Source: Terriglobia bacterium
GTDB lineage: Bacteria; Acidobacteriota; Terriglobia; Terriglobales; Acidobacteriaceae
Length of the DNA stretch: 64,000 nt
Direction of reading: 5' to 3'
Assembly (NCBI GenBank): GCA_963739375.1
Contig: CAVUAF010000006.1
Coordinates: 2,893 to 66,892 of the forward strand
Shown here: one piece after another, positions 18,162-27,366 of the stretch
Layout of the letters: each line of letters begins with the position of its first letter
How positions within the stretch are numbered: position 1 is the first letter of the stretch
Notes under the pieces: generated by a model
What the model saw: only the letters and a program-made list of their open reading frames with translations
The model's database searches: none
Told to the model about the DNA's origin: nothing
Position numbers and translations under genes: made by a program

Positions 18162-18189
18162 TTGCCAGCCATGCGTTTCACGGTAGAAT
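18162..18189 (+). promoter_or_regulatory. Putative promoter of the kinase locus
   Basis: TTGCCA (18162..18167), 16 nt, TAGAAT (18184..18189), upstream of the first (duplicated) kinase start. Confidence 0.4.
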
Positions 18190-18226
18190 GCGCGCACTCT
18201 TCAACAGGTGGGGGATGGGCCTTTCT

Positions 18227-18503
18227 GCGGGCACCAAACTCGGTCCCTATGAAATCCTGGCGCCGCTGGGCGCGGGCGGCATGGGCGAAGTTGAGGCGTT
18301 TTGCGGGCGTGAGCGAGTCCTGAGCGAAGCGCAGGACGAAGCGGGAGCCCGGGGTCCCCGGCGAGCCCGGTTTTGGCTCGCTGGGGTGAGAGCCCGCAGC
18401 CGAAATCCTGAGCGCAGCGAAGGATCTCTATGCTGACCGCGGGCACCAAACTCGGTCCCTATGAAATCCTGGCGCCGCTGGGCGCGGGCGGCATGGGCGA
18501 AGT
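18227..18503. repeat. Perfect 65-bp direct duplication (18227..18291 and 18439..18503) flanking a 147-bp REP-like element
   Basis: Compared base by base. Both copies read gcgggcaccaaactcggtccctatgaaatcctggcgccgctgggcgcgggcggcatgggcgaagt. The intervening 18292..18438 carries the ggggtcccc..ggttttgg..ctgggg hairpin and a CCTGAGCGCAGCGAAGGATCT unit. Confidence 0.95.
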
Positions 18504-21120
18504 CTACCGCGCGCGCGACACGCGGCTGGAGCGCACCGTCGCCATCAAAGTCCTCAATTCGTCGCTCGCCTCGTCGCCTGAACTCAAGGCGCGCTTCGAG
18601 CGCGAAGCGCGGGCCATTTCGCAGCTGCAGCATCCGCACATCTGCACCCTGCACGACGTCGGGCGTACGGAGATCGCGGGCGGGTCGCCCGCGTCCACCC
18701 AGGAAATTGACTACCTGGTAATGGAGTTCCTCGAGGGCGAGACGCTGGCGGAACGACTACGCAAAGGCGCGTTGCCGGTGGAGCAGGTGCTGAAGATCGG
18801 GATCGAGATCGCCGACGCGCTCGACAAAGCGCATCGCGCGGGCATCGTGCATCGCGATCTGAAGCCCGGCAACATCATGCTGACCAAGGCGGGCGCGAAG
18901 CTGCTGGATTTCGGCTTGGCCAAGCCGCTGAGCGCGATGGCGGCGGCCAGCGGGAGCGCCAACGCGCCGCTGCTTTCCGCCGCGGTCACGCTGACCAGCC
19001 CCAGCCCGGCGCACTCGCCGCTCACCACGCAGGGCACCATCGTCGGCACCATTCAGTACATGTCGCCGGAGCAGATCGAAGGCAAGGAGGCCGACGCGCG
19101 CTCCGACATTTTTGCGCTGGGTGCGCTGCTGTACGAGATGGTGACGGGCAAGCGCGCCTTTGAAGGCAAGTCGCAACTCACGGTCGCTTCCGCCATTTTG
19201 GAGAAGGACCCGGAGCCGATCGCGGCGGTGCAGGCCAACGCTCCCCCCGCGCTGGCGCACGTCATTGAAACCTGCCTGGCCAAGGACCCGGAGCAGCGCT
19301 GGCAAAGCGCCGCGGACATTGCGCGGGAGCTGACCTGGATCGGCACGCGCCCGCCGGCGGCCCCGGAAGTCGCGGTGGCAGGTCGCTCCCAGCGCCCGTT
19401 GGTGCTGCTGGCGGCAGCCGCAGGGCTGCTGCTGCTGGCGACGATGGTGCTGGCGGTCAAAGTCTTCACCCGCGGGGCCGCCGAGCGCTGGGAATTACAG
19501 GTCGACGTCGGCAAGCACAATCTGGTGGACGCACAACTTGCCGAGATCCAGCTCTCGCCCGACGGCACCAGACTGGTTTTCACCGCCGCCGATGCGCACT
19601 CCGCCCTCTTCGTTCGCAATCTGAAAACCGGGAAACTGGAGCAGTTGAAAGGCACGGAAGGGGCGCTGTTCCCCTTCTGGTCGCCGGACGGCCGGGCGCT
19701 GGGTTTCTTTGCGGGTGAAAAACTGAAGACCATCTCCCTGGACCAGGGCAGCGTGCAGGCCCTGTGCGACGCGCCCAACGGGCGCGGCGGAGCGTGGAAC
19801 AGCGACGGGCAAATCGTCTTTACTCCCAGTATTGCGGACCCGCTCTACGTGGTGCCCGATTCCGGGGGCGTGCCCAAGGCGGTGACGCCGCCCACGAAAG
19901 GGGGCGTGAGCCACCGCATGCCTTCCTTCCTGCCCGACGGGAAGCACTTTCTCTATGTGGAACAACCCGTGGGCGCGAATGACAGTCCGCACGCGGTCTT
20001 TGACGTGATGGTGGGTTCGGTGGAGGGAGAGGCGCCGCACAAGGTGCTGAGCGGAGAATACGACAGTCCCATCTTCGCCGGCGGCAAGCTGCTCTATGCG
20101 CGTGGCCGCACACTGTACCAGCAGGACTTCAGCCTGCACTCGTTCCAGGTGAGCGGCAAGCCGCAAAAACTGGCGGATGACGTCGAGACCTATCATCCCC
20201 GGGCGGTGGCGAACTTCAGCGTCGCGCCGTCGGGCTTGCTGGCCTACCGCACGACCCCGGTGCGGTTTGCCGAAGTGGTGTGGCTGGATCGCGCCGGGAG
20301 CGCCGGCGCCACCTTTGCCGGTACGGAAAAGGCCTGGAGCGGCACGTTCGACGTGGCGCGCGATTCCGGCAAGGTCCTGCTCTGCGAGTCCGATGAGTCG
20401 GCGACTGATTTGTGTTCCACCTGGCTGCTCGACTTTCCATCCAAGTCCTTCTCCAAGCTGCCGCTGGAGTTTCTGAACACCGTGGCGGTTTTCACCCCGC
20501 ATCAAGACGCGGTGATCTATGTCAGTTTCGAGAACCACCTGAAGAAATACGACCTCGCCAGCGGCACCAGCCAGGATTTCGGCCTGCCGGCGACGTCGTA
20601 CGGCACGCCCGTGGATGTCACGGCGGCCGGCGATGCGGTGCTGAATTTTCAACGGCCGCAAACCGGCAACGACATCACCCTGGTGCGTCTGCAGCCGTTG
20701 AACATCCGGGATGTGGTCGCCACGCCCCGCGATGAGGTTGGGCAAAAGCTCTCGCCGAACGGCAAGTGGCTGCCGTTCTGCTTTGACCAGAATGGCAGCA
20801 CCAACCTGTCGGTGGCAGCGTTCCCCGAAGGGCATCCGCAATGGCAGATCACGACCACGGGCGGCTGCCAGGCCAGCTGGAGCGCCGACGGTCGCGAGCT
20901 CTTTTACGTCAGCGGCAACAAGGTTTTCGCCATGCCGGTGAAAGATTCGGAACACTTCCAGCCGGCTCCGCCGCAGCAGCTCTTCGAGTTGCCGCCCAAC
21001 ATCGTCAACGGCGGCATGCTGCCGGACGGCAAACATTTCCTCGGCTTCCGCGTCACTGGCGCCACGCGCGGCGGCGAAATCAACGTCATCGTCAACTGGC
21101 AGACGGCGCAGCCGCACTGA
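18430..21120 (+). CDS. Ser/Thr protein kinase with TM helix and C-terminal TolB-like (PD40/WD40-like) beta-propeller
   Basis: Hanks kinase motifs ([41 protein letters not shown]). TM helix [20 protein letters not shown]. Repeated SPDG/LPDGK propeller motifs. Confidence 0.9.
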   Translation: MLTAGTKLGPYEILAPLGAGGMGEVYRARDTRLERTVAIKVLNSSLASSPELKARFEREARAISQLQHPHICTLHDVGRTEIAGGSPASTQEIDYLVMEFLEGETLAERLRKGALPVEQVLKIGIEIADALDKAHRAGIVHRDLKPGNIMLTKAGAKLLDFGLAKPLSAMAAASGSANAPLLSAAVTLTSPSPAHSPLTTQGTIVGTIQYMSPEQIEGKEADARSDIFALGALLYEMVTGKRAFEGKSQLTVASAILEKDPEPIAAVQANAPPALAHVIETCLAKDPEQRWQSAADIARELTWIGTRPPAAPEVAVAGRSQRPLVLLAAAAGLLLLATMVLAVKVFTRGAAERWELQVDVGKHNLVDAQLAEIQLSPDGTRLVFTAADAHSALFVRNLKTGKLEQLKGTEGALFPFWSPDGRALGFFAGEKLKTISLDQGSVQALCDAPNGRGGAWNSDGQIVFTPSIADPLYVVPDSGGVPKAVTPPTKGGVSHRMPSFLPDGKHFLYVEQPVGANDSPHAVFDVMVGSVEGEAPHKVLSGEYDSPIFAGGKLLYARGRTLYQQDFSLHSFQVSGKPQKLADDVETYHPRAVANFSVAPSGLLAYRTTPVRFAEVVWLDRAGSAGATFAGTEKAWSGTFDVARDSGKVLLCESDESATDLCSTWLLDFPSKSFSKLPLEFLNTVAVFTPHQDAVIYVSFENHLKKYDLASGTSQDFGLPATSYGTPVDVTAAGDAVLNFQRPQTGNDITLVRLQPLNIRDVVATPRDEVGQKLSPNGKWLPFCFDQNGSTNLSVAAFPEGHPQWQITTTGGCQASWSADGRELFYVSGNKVFAMPVKDSEHFQPAPPQQLFELPPNIVNGGMLPDGKHFLGFRVTGATRGGEINVIVNWQTAQPH

Positions 21121-21176
21121 CGACTTCATAGTGACGGCGGTGCGGCCCGACGGCTCCACCGGACAGCCGTGGCGCC

Positions 21177-22154
21177 TCAGTAGCCCTTGGTTTTGTCCAC
21201 CACATTGAGCAGCGGCTCGCCGCCCAGGTAGCGGCGCATGTTTTCGGCGATAAGCCCGTAGTGGCGCTCCCACATCTTTTCGGTGGTGGCGGCAGTGTGG
21301 GGCGTAATCAGCACGTTGGGCAGCGACCACAGCGGCGACGCGGCCGGCAGCGGCTCGCGCTCGAAAACGTCGAGGGCGGCGCCGCCCAGACGGCCGGCGG
21401 CGATGGCGTCGGCCAGCGCCGCTTCGTCAAGCAGCGCCCCGCGGCTCACGTTGACCACGTACGCCGCGAGCCGCATCCGCGCCAGCCGCGTGGCATCGAG
21501 CAGGCTGCGGGTGCGCGGCGTCAGCGGCGCCGCGAGCACGACGAAATCCGCCTGCGCCAGCACCGCCTCGACATCGCCGGGGCCGAAGACCGCGCCGGCG
21601 CTTCCCTTCTCCGGGTGCTCGCGCACCACCAGGACGTGCATGCCCAGCGCGGCCGCGCGCGCCGCCACTTCGCGCCCGATCGCCCCGTACCCGATCACCG
21701 CGAGGGTCGCGCCCGCCACCTCGCGCGGCGGCGGCCATTCCGTCCACATCTCCTGCTGCGCCCAATGCCGCGCCGCCTGGTGCTGCATGGCGCTGGGGAG
21801 GCGCTTGGCCAGCGCCAGCACGACGGCGAGGGCGTGCTCGGCCACCACCGGCCCGTGCACGCTGCTGGCGTTGGTCACCACCACGTCGCTTGCCAGCAAC
21901 TCCGGGGACATCAGCTGGTGCACTGCCGCAGCCGTGGCGTGGATCCAGCGCAGCTTTTTCGCCCGCTGGAACTGCTCCGGGCGCAGCGACCACCCGAGGT
22001 ACACCTCGGCGTCGCCAATCTCCTCCGTGACCCGCTCGTAGCCGGGCAGGTGCACCACCTGGAGTTGCGGAAACTCGGCGCGCAAGCGCTCTCCCAGCCA
22101 GGCCGGCGCGCGCCACAGCTCGAAGCGGTGATGGATGGCGATGAGGACTTTCAT
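21177..22154 (-). CDS. D-isomer-specific 2-hydroxyacid dehydrogenase family protein
   Basis: NAD-binding GYGAIGREVA, plus VNVSRGALLDEAAL and TPHTAA motifs. ATG at 22154 (MKVLIAIH) within track ORF 21177..22229. Confidence 0.9.
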   Translation of the reverse strand: MKVLIAIHHRFELWRAPAWLGERLRAEFPQLQVVHLPGYERVTEEIGDAEVYLGWSLRPEQFQRAKKLRWIHATAAAVHQLMSPELLASDVVVTNASSVHGPVVAEHALAVVLALAKRLPSAMQHQAARHWAQQEMWTEWPPPREVAGATLAVIGYGAIGREVAARAAALGMHVLVVREHPEKGSAGAVFGPGDVEAVLAQADFVVLAAPLTPRTRSLLDATRLARMRLAAYVVNVSRGALLDEAALADAIAAGRLGGAALDVFEREPLPAASPLWSLPNVLITPHTAATTEKMWERHYGLIAENMRRYLGGEPLLNVVDKTKGY

Positions 22155-22201
22155 GGAAACCTGGAACGATATCCCGACCGGTGTGCTCCTGCAAAAACGT
22201 C

Positions 22202-22280
22202 CCGAGCGGAGCGAGGGAGCCCTACCCAACCCGTGCCTCTTCGGTTGCGTAGGGTTCCCTCGTCGCTTCGCTTCTCGGGA
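22202..22280. repeat. Inverted pair of REP-like units
   Basis: cccgagcggagcgagggagccctac (22202..22226) and its near reverse complement gtagggttccctcgtcgcttcgcttctcggg (22250..22280). Confidence 0.8.
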
Positions 22281-22296
22281 TGTTTCTAGCCGGGAC

Positions 22297-23961
22297 CTAT
22301 TTCTCTATGGCGGCGGCACTCTTCAGCGCGGGCGCGGGATAGTCGGGCAGTTTGTCGCGCGCGCTGCTGGTGCGGCGGATTTCCAGCTCCCCGAAAAGCA
22401 GCGCGGGCGCAATGACCGAGGCGCCGATGTTTTCCAGCCGGTTGTCCACCTTGGGCTCGTTGCCGGCGGCGATGAGGTCGCTGCGCAGGGCGCGGGCATC
22501 GAGCTGGTAGAACTCGGCGCCGCGCACCAGCTCCTGGTGTCCGTCGCTGACGTACACGCGGTACGCGAGCTGCGGATTGATGCCGTTGCCGGTGGATTCC
22601 ACCCGGTAGCCGTAGGCCAGGCCGCGGTCGCGGCACATGTCGAGCAGCCTGCGCTTGAGCAGCTCGGCGCTGAGCGGCTCGCTGGCCCGCACAAAGAGGT
22701 TGCCGAACGCGGGCCCGGGCGCCTGCACCGCGCCGCTGCGGCCGTGCCCGTTGGAGACCGGGAAATCGCGGATGGGCTGCCGCCCGACCAGGAAATTCCG
22801 CAGCTCGCCTTTTTCGACCACCGGGACGGCGCGCGCCGCCACCCCTTCATCGTCATAGCGATAGCTGCCGAGCAGCGACCGGCCGCCGAAGTTTGGCTGC
22901 GTCGGGTCGTCGGTGATGGAGAGGAACTCCGGCAACACCCGCGCTTTGAAGCTGGAGGCGTAATCGCCGAGAGTGCGCGAGGTGGTCCCCGGACGCGGCT
23001 TGCGCCCCAGCACGGCGGCGCCCACCAGGCGCGCGACTACCGCGTCGGCGACATCGGGCTCGATCAGCACCGGGCCGCGATACTGGTCTTCGGCGAGCGG
23101 CGCCTTGCGCAAATCAGCCAGCGTGGCGATGAGCTTCTGGGTCGCGGCGCGGAGTTCGTCGGCGCTGGGCAGCTCGCGCGGCGCCGCCACCACCGTGCTG
23201 GCCGCGCGCTCCAGGCGCATGCCGTCCGCGGCCTGCGTCGAGCCGCTCACGATGACTGCGTAGACGGTGCTTGGCTGCCGCAGCACCGTGCCTTCGGTGT
23301 TGACGAAGTAGCGGTTCTGCGCGCGGAAGAGGAGCCGTGCACCCAGTTCCTGCAACTCGGGATCGCTGCGGTAGAGCGCGCTGACCGCCTTCAGCGTGGC
23401 GCGCCAGGCGGCGGCATCGTACTCCAGCCGCGCCGGCGGCCCGAGATAGACGGCCGGCTGCTCGCGCGAAAAGTCGTCGGGACCCTGCTCGTTCTCGAAC
23501 TGTTTCAGCGCCGCCTGCTTGCGGGTCAGCGACTCGATCGCCGCCTTGTAAGCGCTGTCGGTGGCCAGCCAGATGCGGTGGCGCAGGGCCGCGACGTTGT
23601 CTTCCAGCGGCGCCACCTCCAGCGTGCCCTCGCCGGTGCCGAAGTAGCTGTCCTGCTTGTAGTCGCCTACTCGCACCACGGCGCGCAGCACGCGTGTGCG
23701 TTGCCGCTGCTCGGCGCGCAGCGCACCGAAGGCCACGTCCATGGCGTAGTCGTCTTCATCGACGATGCGATATTCGATGTAGTACGGGCGCGGCATCTGC
23801 TCCAGCCGCAGCTGGTTTTTCGAGCGCTCCAGCTCCGCCTGCATGGCTTGCAGGACGGGATCGGCGGGCGCCGCCTGCGCGCTCGCCAGCGCCGCGGCGC
23901 CGATCAGCAGCGCCAGCGCCGCGCTGCACATCAGGTTGCGCATGGTCAGGAGCCGCGTCAT
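22297..23961 (-). CDS. Secreted TldD/PmbA family protein lacking HExxxH (TldE/PmbA-type partner)
   Basis: Signal peptide MTRLLTMRNLMCSAALALLIGAAALASAQA. TldD/PmbA-like C-terminal region (GHGRSG..., GNLFV...). Its ATG overlaps the upstream stop (ATGA at 23958..23961). Confidence 0.8.
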   Translation of the reverse strand: MTRLLTMRNLMCSAALALLIGAAALASAQAAPADPVLQAMQAELERSKNQLRLEQMPRPYYIEYRIVDEDDYAMDVAFGALRAEQRQRTRVLRAVVRVGDYKQDSYFGTGEGTLEVAPLEDNVAALRHRIWLATDSAYKAAIESLTRKQAALKQFENEQGPDDFSREQPAVYLGPPARLEYDAAAWRATLKAVSALYRSDPELQELGARLLFRAQNRYFVNTEGTVLRQPSTVYAVIVSGSTQAADGMRLERAASTVVAAPRELPSADELRAATQKLIATLADLRKAPLAEDQYRGPVLIEPDVADAVVARLVGAAVLGRKPRPGTTSRTLGDYASSFKARVLPEFLSITDDPTQPNFGGRSLLGSYRYDDEGVAARAVPVVEKGELRNFLVGRQPIRDFPVSNGHGRSGAVQAPGPAFGNLFVRASEPLSAELLKRRLLDMCRDRGLAYGYRVESTGNGINPQLAYRVYVSDGHQELVRGAEFYQLDARALRSDLIAAGNEPKVDNRLENIGASVIAPALLFGELEIRRTSSARDKLPDYPAPALKSAAAIEK

Positions 23962-25718
23962 GGCTGCACCCCTGCGCTCTTCGTGGCGCGCCCGGGAGGC
24001 GGCAGGATCGGCGGACGGTTCTGCGACTGCCGCCGCTTCTGCACCTCGATTTCCGAAAACAGCATGGCCGGCGACGCTGCCGAAACCGGCACCATGCCCG
24101 ATTCCGCGCCGCATACCCCGTTGAACACTTCCGTCTTGTCGTCGGTGGCGAGGATGCGGGTCATCGCCGTCAGCGGCGTCCCCACGATGTCCACGCCGCG
24201 CACCAGTTCGTCGGGCCGGCCGTCGGGATACACCCGCCACACCATCAGCGGCAGCACCTGGAAGGCCTGCGGCAGGGCCCGCGTCGTCAGGGTGAAGCCG
24301 CCGGCGATGTCCTCGAAGTAAAGGCCGTAGGGCTTGCCCTGGCGCTTCACTTCCTCGATGAGCAGTTGGCGCAGCTCGGCGGGCGGCACGCTCTTCGACG
24401 AGCTGACCACCAGGTTGCCCTGGCGGCCCACCGGCATCAGGCCCTCCTGCGCGCGGCCGTGCCCGTTGGAATGGTCGAAGTTCTTCACTGGCATGCGCGA
24501 CATCAGGAACTCCTTCAGCACCCCGTCCTGGATGACCTGCACGCGTTGGGCGGGCATCCCTTCATCGTCGAATTCATACGCGCCGTTGAGGTTGACGCCG
24601 CCGATCTGCCGCAGCGTGGGATCGTCGGCCACACTGAGAAATGGCGGCAGCACCTGCTGGTTGAGTTTCTTGGTGAAGGTCTGGCCTTCCTCGCGCCCGC
24701 GCTGCCGCTGGCCCTCGACCCGGTGCCCCAGCACCTCGTGGAAGAAGACGGCCGCGGCGCGCCCGCTCAGCATCGCCGGCCCAGTGAAGGGTTCCACCAC
24801 CGGCGCGGTGCGCAGCTTCTCCAGATCGCCGCCCAGCTTCTCCAGCTTGCCGACGATCTCGCTATCCGCCGGCGCGTGGTCGGCCGCGCTCACGTCCCAG
24901 CTTTCGGCGCGCATCAGGTCCATGCCGTCATCGGCGCGGCTTTCGCCGCTGGCGACCAGCCGGGCCATCGCCTCGTGCGTCACCAGCCGCGTGCCCTCGC
25001 TGGAGACGAAATAGCGCGTCCGGTCGGCGAACCCGTACTGCACGTTGGAGTCGTACACGTTGGGGAAACGCGTCAGCACTTCCGAGTAGCGCTTCACCTT
25101 CGCTTCCCAAGCGGCGGTGTCGGGCAGCGTGGGCGGCCGGAACGAAGCCGGGCGCACCTGCGGCGCCTCCTGGCTGAAATCGGCGGAGGCGTCGTCTTCC
25201 TGCGCCCGCACCGCGGTGTTGGTCTTGACCTGCAGATAGCTGCGGACCGCCGCCTTGTACTCCTGGTCGGTGGCCTGCCACAGCACGCGGGCGATGGCTT
25301 CCGCGTCGTCCTCCTGCGGCAACAGCACGGTGCGCAGCCCCGACGGCCGCCCTTCGTTGTGCGTGTTGTCGAGCGCCGGCGCCGCCACCCGCACCGAAAC
25401 GTCGGCGATGCGCAGGTGCGACTGCGCGCGGTTGAGGAGCGCGCCTTGCCCGGCGGCGAGCTTCACATCCCAACGGTCGCTCACCGAGTAGCTGATGAAG
25501 TAGGGCGCCGGATCGCGCGGGGCGAGCTCGCGCATCGCCCGCGCCAGCTCCCGCTGCATCACGTCGAGCAACACGGCGTCGTGCGCGCTTTCCGCGGGCG
25601 GCGCGGCGGCGGCGCGCGCCGGAGCGGGCGCCGGCTTGCGTGGTTTCTGTGCCCCGGCGGGGCTGCTTGCGGCCAGGGCCAGGGCCAGGCCGCCGATCAG
25701 GAAAACTCGGCTTGTCAT
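23958..25718 (-). CDS. Secreted TldD-type zinc metallopeptidase
   Basis: Signal peptide MTSRVFLIGGLALALAASSPAGAQ. HEVLGH (HExxxH) motif in the context FFHEVLGHRVEG, typical of TldD. Confidence 0.85.
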   Translation of the reverse strand: MTSRVFLIGGLALALAASSPAGAQKPRKPAPAPARAAAAPPAESAHDAVLLDVMQRELARAMRELAPRDPAPYFISYSVSDRWDVKLAAGQGALLNRAQSHLRIADVSVRVAAPALDNTHNEGRPSGLRTVLLPQEDDAEAIARVLWQATDQEYKAAVRSYLQVKTNTAVRAQEDDASADFSQEAPQVRPASFRPPTLPDTAAWEAKVKRYSEVLTRFPNVYDSNVQYGFADRTRYFVSSEGTRLVTHEAMARLVASGESRADDGMDLMRAESWDVSAADHAPADSEIVGKLEKLGGDLEKLRTAPVVEPFTGPAMLSGRAAAVFFHEVLGHRVEGQRQRGREEGQTFTKKLNQQVLPPFLSVADDPTLRQIGGVNLNGAYEFDDEGMPAQRVQVIQDGVLKEFLMSRMPVKNFDHSNGHGRAQEGLMPVGRQGNLVVSSSKSVPPAELRQLLIEEVKRQGKPYGLYFEDIAGGFTLTTRALPQAFQVLPLMVWRVYPDGRPDELVRGVDIVGTPLTAMTRILATDDKTEVFNGVCGAESGMVPVSAASPAMLFSEIEVQKRRQSQNRPPILPPPGRATKSAGVQP

Positions 25719-25798
25719 ATGTGAGTCTTTCAGTTTATCGCGAAAAGCGGCCGCGCACCTGCCCTCGCGCCCCGGCTTTTTGTTATGTTCGGAGAAGC

Positions 25799-25999
25799 AT
25801 GCGCCTGGTCATCGATGGGGAAGAACGCACCTTCGCGGGTGTCGCCACCGTCGCGGAGCTGGTGGCGCAGTTGGGCATGAAGCCCGACCGCGTCGCCATC
25901 GAGCTGAACCGCAACATCATCCCGCGCGCCGCCTGGGCCGCCACGCCACTTGCCGAGAGCGACCAGCTGGAGATTGTCCACTTCGTGGGCGGCGGGTGA
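25799..25999 (+). CDS. thiS: Sulfur carrier protein ThiS (beta-grasp, C-terminal Gly-Gly)
   Basis: 66 aa: MRLVIDGEERTF...AIELNRNIIPRAAW...LAESDQLEIVHFVGGG. ATG at 25799 within track ORF 25640..25999. Confidence 0.85.
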   Translation: MRLVIDGEERTFAGVATVAELVAQLGMKPDRVAIELNRNIIPRAAWAATPLAESDQLEIVHFVGGG

Positions 26000-26092
26000 G
26001 CCGTGCTCCACTCTTGAGTTAAGGCCAAATTTCGGCTGGCAGAAAAGGGATCGACATTGGGGCTGGGCAGGGGGAAGACGCGAGAACTGGAA

Positions 26093-26326
26093 TCATTCCG
26101 GCGACGAGGTCACATCCTGTGAGACTGGGGGCGTAGCAGCACTCGTGTCGGCTCGGCCACCAGACAGCCGCTGCCGACGGGAGCGCAGCCATTGCTGCAG
26201 CGCCACCGCGCAAAGCCAGAGCATAAACGCGCCGACAACGGCCACCAATACCAAGGCGCCTTGCAGGGTGGTGACTGAGTTCCCGTGATACGGGGTGAGC
26301 AGAAACGCTGCGGCAGCATGATCCAC
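26093..26326 (-). CDS. Possible small membrane protein (hypothetical)
   Basis: 77-aa ORF with a GTG start and one clear TM helix (ALVLVAVVGAFMLWLCAVAL) followed by an RSRRQR patch. No homology recognised. Confidence 0.3.
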   Translation of the reverse strand: MDHAAAAFLLTPYHGNSVTTLQGALVLVAVVGAFMLWLCAVALQQWLRSRRQRLSGGRADTSAATPPVSQDVTSSPE

Positions 26327-26417
26327 GGCGGCGGAGCCTACTACGGCAGGGGGGAGATTTCAAGGTATATCTCCGTGGAAATCCTCGGCCTCAATTCGCG
26401 TCGCCTGCTTTCGCTCT

Positions 26418-26465
26418 CCGATCAGCCGATGGGCCGATGAACCGATGAGCCGATCTTCCGATTTC
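26418..26465. repeat. Tandem octamer array, 6 x CCGATNNN
   Basis: CCGAT recurs at 26418, 26426, 26434, 26442, 26450 and 26458. A related degenerate copy lies at 38472..38507. Confidence 0.85.
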
Positions 26466-26497
26466 CTCAGGAATTCCGTTCGTACCTCCCTTTCCAA

Positions 26498-26554
26498 TTG
26501 ACACGAAACATTTCGCTCCTAGAATGTTTCAAACATTTTCTGGGAGGAATGTTT
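26498..26554 (+). promoter_or_regulatory. Putative promoter and 49-bp dyad operator of the MerR-family gene
   Basis: TTGACA (26498..26503), 16 nt, TAGAAT (26520..26525). Four half-sites: AAACATT (26506..26512), AATGTTT (26523..26529), AAACATT (26531..26537), AATGTTT (26548..26554), symmetric about nt 26530. Confidence 0.5.
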
Positions 26555-27036
26555 CCACGGTGGAGAACCGGTTCACATCGCAGGCGGTGGTGGCGCTCAC
26601 CGGAATCACGCTGCGCCAGCTGCAGTGGTGGGACGAGCGCGGCATCGTGGTGCCCGCGCGCCAGGGCCGGCGCCGCCTCTACTCCCCCGCCGACGTGCTG
26701 GAGATCGCCATCATCGGCGAGCTGAAGGCCAAGGGCTTCTCGCTGCAGAAGGTGCGCCGCGTCATGCGCCTGCTGCAGCGCGAGTTCGGCCAGCGGCTGG
26801 CGGAAGCCGCACGCGGCGGCGGCGTTTGCCACCTGCTCACCGATGGCCGCTCCATCTACCTGGAAACTTCCCCGGAACAGGTGATTGACGTGCTCACCAA
26901 CGCGCGCCAGCCGATGCTGGCTGTCTGCCTCAGCGATGCGGTGCGGCGCCTGCGCGCCGAGCTGAAGCCGAAGGCCGCCACCAGCGTGCGCGCCCCGCGA
27001 CGGAACAAACGAGTCTCAACCGGATCGGAGGGGTGA
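26524..27036 (+). CDS. MerR family transcriptional regulator
   Basis: MerR-type HTH (FTSQAVVALTGITLRQLQWWDERGIV...YSPADVLEIAIIGELKAKGFSLQKV). An alternative in-frame GTG start at 26560 is more compatible with the predicted promoter. Confidence 0.8.
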   Translation: MFQTFSGRNVSTVENRFTSQAVVALTGITLRQLQWWDERGIVVPARQGRRRLYSPADVLEIAIIGELKAKGFSLQKVRRVMRLLQREFGQRLAEAARGGGVCHLLTDGRSIYLETSPEQVIDVLTNARQPMLAVCLSDAVRRLRAELKPKAATSVRAPRRNKRVSTGSEG

Positions 27037-27299
27037 TGGTTGCTGAACTCAATGTCCTGAACGAGTGGATCCCGGAGCAGATGCAGCCCGGCACGATCTT
27101 CGTGCTGGAGAACGCCGGCGAGGTGGGGGAAGCGGAAGATCCTTACTGGGCGGTGCTCTCCTGCCCCGAATGCGCCTCCCTGGGCCTGATCACGCGCCGT
27201 CAGATCTCCGGCCTCATCCCGGTCATCTGCGGCTCCGACCAGTGCTCGGCACAATTCTTCATCCGCGACAACGAGATCGTCGTCCGCAAGCCCTGCTAG
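27036..27299 (+). CDS. Small Cys-rich hypothetical protein (CPEC...CGSDQC zinc-ribbon-like)
   Basis: 87-88 aa ORF overlapping the MerR stop (GTGATG). GGAGG lies 4 nt upstream of the ATG at 27036. Confidence 0.6.
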   Translation: MVAELNVLNEWIPEQMQPGTIFVLENAGEVGEAEDPYWAVLSCPECASLGLITRRQISGLIPVICGSDQCSAQFFIRDNEIVVRKPC

Positions 27300-27366
27300 T
27301 CAAGCGTGTAGGACCGTCGAGGAAGCGGCGAGCGCGCCTGCGCTCGCGGCGTAGTTCCCTTGGAGA

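Noticed and set aside
18188-18436. 82-aa ORF upstream of the kinase as an independent gene.
   Set aside because: Its first third is the duplicated kinase N-terminus and the rest is a read-through of a REP-like element. I treat it as a by-product upstream ORF of the duplication, not a gene family member.
25719-25798. TPP riboswitch upstream of thiS.
   Set aside because: The spacer is only 80 nt and contains no CUGAGA / ACCUGAUCUGGAUAAUGC-like THI-box sequence.
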